64,000 nt of DNA, taken from contig OZ024743.1 of the NCBI GenBank assembly GCA_964016885.1, positions 179,676,001 to 179,740,000 on the forward strand, read 5' to 3'. Shown piece after piece: positions 52,201 to 64,000 of this stretch; position 1 is the first letter of the stretch, and every line of letters begins with the position of its first letter. This DNA is from Eledone cirrhosa (lineage: Eukaryota). The notes under the pieces are model-generated. The model was not told the origin of the DNA and did not search any database. It was given only the letters and a program-made list of their open reading frames with translations. A program made the translations under genes and the position numbers.

Positions 52201-55200
52201 CAGATACACACAGTTACACACAGATACACACAGATACACACAGATACACACAGTTACACACAGATACACACAGATACACGCAGTTACACACAGATACACA
52301 CATATACACAGATACAGACATATACACAGATACACAGACACACAGATACACAGATATACACAAGGATACACCCAGATACACACATATATACACAGATACT
52401 CAGATACACACAGATACTCACAGATAAACATATACAGACAGATACACACAGATACATTCAGATACACACAGATACACACAGATACACACAGATACAAACA
52501 GATACACACAGATACACACAGATACATACAGATACACAGATACACAGATACACACAGATACACAGTTACACACAGATACACACATATACACACAGACACA
52601 CACAGATACACACAGACACACACAGATACACACATATATACACAGATACATACAGATACACAGATACACACAGATACACAGATACACACAGATACACACA
52701 GATACACACAGATACACAGATACACATAGACACACAGATACACACAGATACACAGATACACACAGATCCACACAGATACACACAGACACATACATATACA
52801 CACAGATACACAGATACACACAGATACACACAGATACACAGATACACAGATACACACAGATACACAGTTACACACAGATACACACAGATACACACAGATA
52901 CACACAGATACACACAGATACATACAGATACACACAGATACACCACATACACAGATACACACAGATAGACAGATACACACAGATACACACAGATTCACAC
53001 AGATATACACAGATACACAGATACACGCAGATACACACAGATATACACAGATACACACAGATACACACAGTTTCACAGATACACAGAGATACAGATAGAC
53101 ACACACAGATACACAGTTACACAGATACACGCAGATACACACAGAGACACACAGATACACACAGATACACAGATACACACAGATACACACAGATACACAG
53201 ATACACAGATACACAGATACACACAGTTACACACAGATACACAGATACACACAGATACACACAGATACACAGATACACACAGATACACACATATACACAG
53301 ATACACAGATACACAGATACACACAGTTACACACAGATATACACAGTTACACACAGATACACACAGATACACACAGATACACACAGATACACACAGATAG
53401 ACACATATACACAGAACACAGATACACACAGATACAGACATATACACACATATACACACAGACACACACACAGATACACACAGATACACACAGAAACACA
53501 CATATACACACAGATACACACAGATACACACAGATACACGTATATACACACAGACACACACAGATACACACAGACACGCACAGTTACACAGATACACAGA
53601 TACATACATATACACAGATACACACAAATACACACAGTTAAACACAGACACACACAGATACACACAGATACACACAGACACACACAGATAGAGACAGATA
53701 CACAGTGTTACACAGATACACACAGTTACACACAATTACACACAGTTACCCACAATTACACACAGATACACAGATAGACACAGATACACACAGTTACCCA
53801 CAGTTATACACAGATACACAGATACACATGGATAGACACAGATACACACAGATACACACAGATACACAAGGATACACCCAGATACACACATATACACACA
53901 GATACACAGATACACACAGATACTCACAGATAAACATATACAGACAGATACACACAGATACATTCAGATACACACAGATACACACAGATACACACAGATA
54001 CAAACAGATACACACAGATACACACAGATACATACAGATACACAGATACACAGATACACACAGATACACAGTTACACACAGATACACACGTATACACACA
54101 GACACACACAGATACACACAGACACACACAGATACACACATATATACACAGATACATACAGATACACAGATACACACAGATACACAGATACACACAGATA
54201 CACAGATACACACAGATACACACATATACACACAGATACTACACAGATACACACAGATACACAGATACACATAGACACACAGATACACACAGATACACAG
54301 ATACACACAGATACACACAGATACACACAGACACATACATATACACACAGATACACAGATACACACAGATACACACAGATACACAGATACACACAGATAC
54401 ACAGTTACACACAGATACACACAGATACACACAGATACACACAGATACACACAGATACATACAGATACACACAGATACACCACATACACAGATACACACA
54501 GATAGACAGATACACACAGATACACACAGATTCACACAGATATACACAGATACACACAGATACACACAGTTTCACAGATACACAGAGATACAGATAGACA
54601 CACACAGATACACAGTTACACAGATACACGCAGATACACACAGAGACACACAGATACACACAGATACACAGATACACACAGATACACACAGATACACAGA
54701 TACACAGATACACACAGTTACACACAGATACACAGATACACACAGATACACACAGATACACAGATACACACAGATACACACATATACACAGATACACAGA
54801 TACACAGATACACACAGTTACACACAGATACACACAGTTACACACAGATACACACAGATACACACAGATACAGACAGATACACACAGTTACAGACAGATA
54901 CACACAGATACACAGATACACACAGATACACACAGTTACACACAGATACACACAGATACACACAGATAAAGACAGATACACACAGTTACACACAGATACA
55001 CACAGATACACACAGATACACACAGTTACACACAGATACACACAGATACACAGAGTTACACAGATACACACATATACACACAGTTAAACTCAGATACACA
55101 CAGATACACACACATACACACAGATACACACAGATACACACAGTTACACAGACACACACAGATACACACAGATTCACACAGATTCACAAAGATAAACACA

Positions 55201-57597
55201 GTTAAACACAGATACACACAGATACACAAATACACAGATACACACAGATACACACAGATACACACAGAAACACACAGATACACACAGATACACAAAGAAA
55301 CACAGATACAGATACACACATATACACAGATACACACAGATACACAGATACACACAGATACACAGAAACACACAGATACACACAGATACACAGAGATACA
55401 CAGATACACAAAGACGCACACAGATACACACAGACACAGACAGATTCACACATATACACACCGACACACACAGATACACACAGATTCACACATATACACA
55501 CACAGCTACACACAGTTACACAGACACACACAGATACACACAGATTCACAGAGATACACACAGATAGACACAGATACAAACAGATACACACATATACACA
55601 CAGACACACACAGTTACACAGATACACAGATACACACATATACACAGTCACAAACAGATACACACAGTTACACACATATACACAAATACACGCAGATACA
55701 CACAGATACACACAGATACACACATATACACAGAACACAGATACACACAGATACAGACATATACACACATATACACACAGCCACACACACAGATACACAC
55801 AGATACACACAGAAACACACATATACACACAGATACACACAGATACACACAGATACACATATATACACACAGACACACACAGATACACACAGACACGCAC
55901 AGTTACACAGATATACAGATACATACATATACACAGATACACACAAATACACACAGTTAAACACATATACACACAGATACACACAGATACACACAGACAC
56001 ACACAGATAGAGACAGATATACAGTGTTACACAGATACACACAGTTACACACAATTACACACAGTTACCCACAATTACACACAGATACCACAGATACACA
56101 CAGTTACACACAATTACACACAGATACACAGATAGACACAGATACACACAGTTACCCACAATTACACACAGATACCACAGATACACATGGATAGACACAA
56201 TTACACACAGTTACCCACAATTACACACAGATACACAGATAGACACAGATACACACAGTTACCCACAGTTACACACAGATACACAGATACACAGATACAC
56301 ACAGATACACACACAGATACACAGATACACATGGATAGACACAGATACACACAGATACACACACACACAGATACACACAGATACACACAGATTCACACAG
56401 ATTCACACATATACACACCGACACATACAGATACACACAGATACACACAGATACACACATATACACACAGTTACACGCAGATACACACAGTTACACACAG
56501 ATACACACAGATACACACAGATACACACAGATACACACAGTTACACACAGATACACACAGATACACACAATTACACACAGATACACACAGTTACACACAG
56601 ATACACACAATTACACACAGATACACACAGTTACACACAGATACACACAGATACACACAGATACACACAGTTACACACAGATACACACAGATACACACAG
56701 TTACCCACAGATACACACAGTTACACACAGATACTCACAGATACACACAGATACAGACATATACACAGATACACAGACACACAGATACACAGATACACAC
56801 AGATACACAAGGATACACCCAGATATACACATATACACACAGATACACACAGATACACAGATACACACAGATACTCACAGATAAACATATACAGACAGAT
56901 ACACACAGATACATTCAGATACACACAGATACACACAGATACACAGATACAAACAGATACACACAGATACACACAGATACATACAGATACACAGATACAC
57001 ACAGATACACAGTTACACACAGATACACACATATACACACAGACACACACAGATACACACAGACACACACAGATACACACATATATACACAGATACATAC
57101 AGATACACAGATACACACAGATACACAGATACACACAGATACACAGATACACACAGATACACACATATACACACAGATACACACAGATACACACAGATAC
57201 ACAGATACACATATACACACAGATACACACAGATACACAGATACACACAGATACACACAGATACACACATATACACACAGACACATACATATACACACAG
57301 ATACACAGATACACACAGATACACAGATACACAGATACACACAGATACACAGTTACACACAGATACACACAGATACACACAGATACACACAGATACACAC
57401 AGATACACCACATACACAGATACACACAGATAGACAGATACACACAGATACACACAGATTCACACAGATATACACAGATACACAGATACACACAGATACA
57501 CACAGATATACACAGATACACACAGGTACACACAGGTACATACAAATACACAGATACACAGATACACAGATACACACAGATACACACAGATACACAC
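49211..57597. repeat. 8.4-kb (ACACACAGAT)n / (ACACAGAT)n satellite with kb-scale internal duplications
   Basis: 10-mer and 8-mer units with GTT/GAC variants. Rare variant landmarks recur at kb spacing. Confidence 0.95.
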
Positions 57598-57996
57598 AGC
57601 AAGTCCAGATCTGCGAATGACTAGCAGCACGTGTTGCATTTTTTTTAAATACACACATCGTATCAGCTCCATCCCAGTGCCGTGAATAGTGCCATCGAGA
57701 ACTAGAAATAGCAGCTGAGTCCTTTCAACTGAGTTATCTCTTCAATAAGGTACCGTAATATATCCAAAAATTAAACTACGGGTGTCATGTCAGAGAGACA
57801 TGCGCCATATCCACTGTAGAATATGTTCCAAGTTTCCAATGAATAGATCCGAGCATTTTATATAACTAGAAATTGACACCCTTAATTTTTTTTTGATCAC
57901 CCTATTCACACCACTGGCATGAAGCTGATACGATGTGTGTATTTTTAAAAGTGCAACACGTGCTGCTAGTCATTCGCAGATTTGGACTTGCTGTGT
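57594..57996. mobile_element. MITE-like element with ~86-bp TIRs
   Basis: 57594-57679 is the reverse complement of 57912-57996 (ACACAGCAAGTCC...GGACTTGCTGTGT). Non-coding interior. Confidence 0.8.
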
Positions 57997-58254
57997 AAAC
58001 ACAGATAGTTAAATCTTCTCCCTTGTTGAAAATCCGAAAATTGGCTACTGTTGTTTACCGATCGATTAATGGTGAAATATATACAAGGAAGATTAATCAA
58101 TTTATAAGGTATCTATATTTAAAGTTCTAGTTAAAATTTTATTAGTTTCCTACCTAGCTATGTGTGCTTACACACTTTTACAATTTATTCCCTGTGATTG
58201 TTTCATATATTTCTTTTAGATATATATATATATATATGTCAATCAATTTCTAAT

Positions 58255-58304
<50 letters not shown>

Positions 58305-58313
<9 letters not shown>

Positions 58314-58901
58314 TATGTATACATACATACATATATGTATACAGGCGTACAGTAGTATGTATATATATATACATACATGCACACATATATATATATGTAC
58401 GTATGGATTCACCGAACATTCATCATAATGCTGGGTGTGTTTGTAAACAAACATTCAGTATTAAGCCGTACAGTGTCTAGCAACCATCGTTGCTCATTTG
58501 TTCAACACTGACAAAGGAACGCTGTATTAGTTTCAAGCGTATTAGCTATCGTCAGCAACGTATACCTTCCTGCCAGATGGTTGAACGTCTGAAAGTATAT
58601 ACTTTCCTTATGCATATTAACGGCTGGGCAGCCTAATTTGCATATCGAGTGAGTTAATCGGCCGGGGTACCGAAAACGATAAACGGAAAAAATGAAACGA
58701 AATTTCTCACTCTTAGTACGGCTGTTACTTAAATATAAATATGTATACGTACATACATATATGTATACAGACGTACAGTAGTATGTATATATATATACAT
58801 ACATGCACACATATATATATATATGTACGTATGGATTCACCGAACATTCATTATAATGCTCGGTGTGTTTGTAAACAAACATCCCGAATTAAGCCATACA
58901 G
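58305..58901. repeat. ~170-bp direct repeat pair (58305-58472; 58733-58901)
   Basis: Shared unique core GTACGTATGGATTCACCGAACATTCAT..TGTGTTTGTAAACAAACAT. Confidence 0.85.
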
Positions 58902-58994
58902 CAGACAGCCAGACATACAAACAGATATTATAAGGGCGCGACGTTATATGTATGTATCTATCTAAAAAGAGAAAGACTAAGAATTATAGAGAGG

Positions 58995-59184
58995 GATCGC
59001 TAAATCGTCTAATGCGGTCCCTAGGGCATTGAAAATTTGCCATTTATTTTGCTCAGAACACTCCCTGAAACATAAGTATTACATGTGTAAAGTTTGAAAA
59101 GTGTCGGTTGGGTGGTTCTCGAGATTTAGGGATTCAAACTCACACACACACACAGACAGACATCCTCAGTTTTATATATATAGA
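58995..59184 (-). mobile_element. Helitron-type element 5' end (same family as 6686-7133)
   Basis: CACTCCCTGAAACATAAG..AAGTTTGAAA..TAGGGATTCAAACTCAC(AC)nAGACATCCTCAGTTTTATATATATAGA. The 3' CTAG end was not identified. Confidence 0.75.
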
Positions 59185-60279
59185 TATCTGTATATCTGTA
59201 TGTGTAAACATGTATATATATATATATATATATAAACATACATATTTATGAATATAATGTATATGTATATGTGTGTGTATATGTATGTATATATCCGCAA
59301 TACCGTCTTTTTTTCGGAAATTTCACACAGGAATCAAATTAAAAATCTAATATAGTAAGCAGTATACAATTTCTTCTTCAAAAGAAGATATTGTTCTTGT
59401 TCTGCTTGCGTATTTCTCAATTCTTCGTTGGATTGGGGTAGCCTTTTGTTGTTAGCATTAGTTTTATTTTTTATTCTAAATTTCTTTGAACATGATGAGG
59501 AAATGATTGTATACGTTACTGAAGATATATTAATGAACCTTCAAATGAATAATAAATAATTAAATTGCAAATGTAAAAGAAAGTAAACACTTTAACTAAA
59601 TAGACAAATATTGAACGACGACCGAGTAATGTATTTCTTTCAGTTTTTGCTGACAGTGTAACATTTTCTTGCGTGATGAATATGTCTAGATCGGTTTACC
59701 TCTCGCCAACAACATTTAACATTTATGAAGTGCGTGTTAATATGACATGCACTCTCACATCGTAATCATGATTTCTTTTGAAACAATTAACATTTTCGAT
59801 CTTATTTCGTATCATATTATATTTGCTTCTTAAATGAGATTGTTTTTTCGATACAGATATTCAAGCTAACGCAACTCGAATGAAATTTAAAACAAAATTA
59901 CCAAACTAATGTATTTTTAACCTCTCAAGAGGAAATGTTTCCATCAAGCAACATAAATATTTAAAGTGGTGTATCACATTTTATTTTATTGTTGCTTTGT
60001 TTAAAATTATCTTCGCTGATATTACGTCTGTCACAGGAATATTTTGTTTTCAGTTAGCAACACGTGACATCTGTTTTATACATTAACATGCTATGATTTA
60101 ATTCACCAAATGGTGTTTTCTATCTCCGTATTTTAACATTACATTCCTGGAATACGTTTTATATCTATTCTCTCAATAATCAGAAGTAATTAATACAAAA
60201 TAGCAATAAATTTATATATATTTATTTTATAAATATACAAATATAACTTAATACCTGTCTCCCTCCCCAATAACCCCCC

Positions 60280-61370
<1,091 letters not shown>

Positions 61371-61934
61371 TAGTTTTTGCTTTTATACTATGACATGCAG
61401 CCCTGGGACTGACCACCCTGAGGGCTCGATTGCAACCTGTAGAAAAAGAAAGCAGCCGGTCAACCCGTGTTTTTAACTTGTTAATGTTTCTCTTGTGCCT
61501 AAAGTAGAAACAATTATTATTTATTAAATTGCTTAGGTTTTACATGCCCTGCCCTCATGTTTCTTCTTGTATTTAAGAACTGCAGAAATGCTTTTGCGGT
61601 CTTGTCCGGGGGGCGCAAGCCCAACATCACCGCGCATTAGGCCTAGAGCCCATCATCATCCACCTCCACCCTCCCATTCATCTGTGATCCCAGAGTCCTT
61701 GCACTTCCCTTTATTTCCGTTGTTAAATAACTGTAGTGTTGTTGTTATTTGAAATAGATTTGTTTATGATTTAAAAAATTTTTTTTAGTAAAACATTTTA
61801 TTGGTCCTTTTATTTAAATCATACTGAAACTAACTCTTAACATCCCATTACACCACTATCAACACGTTTACCTCAATTTATCGTATACGTTCTACCTTGA
61901 TTTCACCTTCCACCACAGCGTTCCGCTTCAATAA

Positions 61935-61979
<45 letters not shown>

Positions 61980-62384
61980 AGTACCAAACCAAATGCATAA
62001 ATCGCTGCAATGAACTGCATATTAGCAGACCCACAGATCAGACACTGTATATTTTAGAAAATATCATATATTTTCACTAGCTCTATCAGTTATTATTAAT
62101 ATTCGAAAAACTCAGAATACATTTATTGTATTCAGCCACGTAGAGCGATAAACTATTTGTTTGTTATTTGAATAAGACAAAGCTGGCCCTTAATCGCTCG
62201 TATACATAAAACTGACTGGCCTATCTGCTGATATGCAAATCTGGCTGATCAGTGGGTCTGCTAATATGCAGATCTGACTGGTCAACCAGTCTGCTAATAT
62301 GCAAATCAGGCCGATCAGTCACTGTATATTTTAGAAAATATCATAAATTTTCACTATCTCTGACAGTTGGCAGGTAAACAATAT

Positions 62385-62431
62385 ACTGTACTGATGAAGG
62401 GTAATCACCCAGAAACATTAGTTTCTGCAGG
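62385..62431 (+). ncRNA. Candidate minimal hammerhead motif
   Basis: CTGATGA (62391-62397)-AGGGT-AATC-ACCCA-GAAA-C-ATTA-GTT. Stem I is imperfect (CTGTA/TGCAG offset). Confidence 0.45.
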
Positions 62432-62545
62432 TCTGTTTACATGCCGACACAAGAGCAAGAATTACAGGATCATTCTACTGACATGGCTATAAAGAGGCTG
62501 TTTGCAAATGAATCGAATATTATTATTAATATTCGAAAAACTCAG

Positions 62546-62580
<35 letters not shown>

Positions 62581-62587
<7 letters not shown>

Positions 62588-63430
62588 GAATTGGTGCTCT
62601 GAAATATATATATGAATGTATATATAGTGTATTTTGCAATACACTGTATGCTTAATTAAAAGCATTTTGAAGACCATACGCTATTGTTTTAAAATTGTGA
62701 CAATGTCACTTATTTAAATTTTCTGCAAAGAGGGGAGATAAACTGACAGAGCTCTGTTTCGTACTTTTTGCTACTTATCAAAGCTCACTACGCATCCTGT
62801 TTGCTGAAAATGATGTGTGTTGGATTCTTATAGAATTCCAGTACCAATCAGGAATTGATTATACAGAGCGGTCGCCGGTCCAGCAGAAATTGAAAATTAG
62901 AATTGGTGCTCTGAAATAGCGATATATATATGAATGTATATATAGTTAATTTTGCAATACATTGTATGCTTAATTAAAAGCATTTTGAAGACCATACGCT
63001 CTTGTTCTAAAATAGTGACAATGTCACTTATTTAATTTTCAGAAAACAGGGGAGATAAGCTGGTTTTCAAAATGTTTTTAATTAAGCATGCAGTGTATTG
63101 CAAGATACACTATATATACATTCATATATATATATCGCTATTTCAGAGCACCAATTCTAATTTTCAATTAGCGTTGACCGCTCTGTATAATTAGTTCCTG
63201 ATTGTTACTGGAATTCTATAAGAATCCAACACACATAATTTTCAGCAAACAGGAGGAGTAGTGAGCTTTGATAAGTCGCAAAAAGTACAAAACAGAGCTC
63301 TGGCAGTTTATCTCTCCTGTTTGCTGAACATTTAAGTAAGTGACATCGTCACTATTTTAAAGCAATAGTGTATGGTCTTCAAAATGCTTTTAATTAAGCA
63401 TACAGTGTATTGCAAAATACACTATATATA
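62581..63430. mobile_element. PLE-like pLTR derivative: direct + inverted repeats in (TA)n
   Basis: 62581-62745 is repeated at 62893-63060. 63063-63170 and 63176-63430 are inverted copies. HHR-like GTAC-GAAA-C-AGAGCTCT-GTC on the minus strand, with non-canonical core CTGATTG. Confidence 0.6.
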
Positions 63431-63505
63431 CATACATATATATATATACATACATATATATACATGTACACACATATATATATACATATATATATATATA
63501 TATGT

Positions 63506-63573
<68 letters not shown>

Positions 63574-63668
63574 GTATAAACTATTGTTTATAGGGATCGA
63601 CTATTTTTAATGTCATTTGCGGAAGGCCGACTAGATCTAAGGAATTTTAATTTTTACATGTGTGTGTA

Positions 63669-63813
<145 letters not shown>

Positions 63814-64000
63814 CAAATGAATGAGTGAATGAAAAAGTTACAAGCCATTAAAATATTTCTTTATATAGCTCTCATATGTGTTACGCCCACAGGGGCTCGT
63901 CGGAGGCAGATGTTCCGATAGCTAGGTCCTTAAATACATATGCCCCTCCACTTCGGATATAGGTAGAATTAACAAAGTGATCCTCGATAGGATAATGCCC

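Noticed and set aside
49178-57672. Long His/Thr- or Cys/Val-rich ORFs (up to 477 aa)
   Set aside because: Stop-poor translations of the ACACACAGAT satellite.

Overview
AT-rich, microsatellite-saturated animal genomic DNA. It is eukaryotic and most likely a coleoid cephalopod such as Octopus, which is inferred from the SINE and RTE-tail repeat types and is not proven. The only host coding sequence I can support is one 217-bp internal exon (61149-61365, +) of a group III-like metabotropic glutamate receptor, so the rest of the window is probably a giant intron. That intron holds a near full-length Tx1/L1-type LINE sitting in an (ATT)n tract, RTE fragments, a DD37D (maT) Tc1/mariner relic, Helitron-type and MITE elements, many tRNA-derived SINEs, an 18-bp G-rich minisatellite and an 8.4-kb (ACACACAGAT)n satellite. 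The most striking content is a set of about 9 Penelope-like element (PLE, Naiad-type) insertions from several families, all embedded in (TA)n. They include one nearly intact RT+GIY-YIG ORF, one decayed full-length copy and several short inverted 3'-end derivatives. Most carry type I hammerhead ribozyme (HHR) motifs. Several of these have an unusual 60-90 nt extended helix II, and one family has a non-canonical catalytic core in all its copies. They share a recurring architecture of two 3' ends facing outwards, only one of which carries a terminal tail, and most tails contain a TYGAGTGCT-like motif. Nearly all ORFs in the supplied track are microsatellite translation noise. All coordinates were read by eye, so repeat boundaries are approximate.
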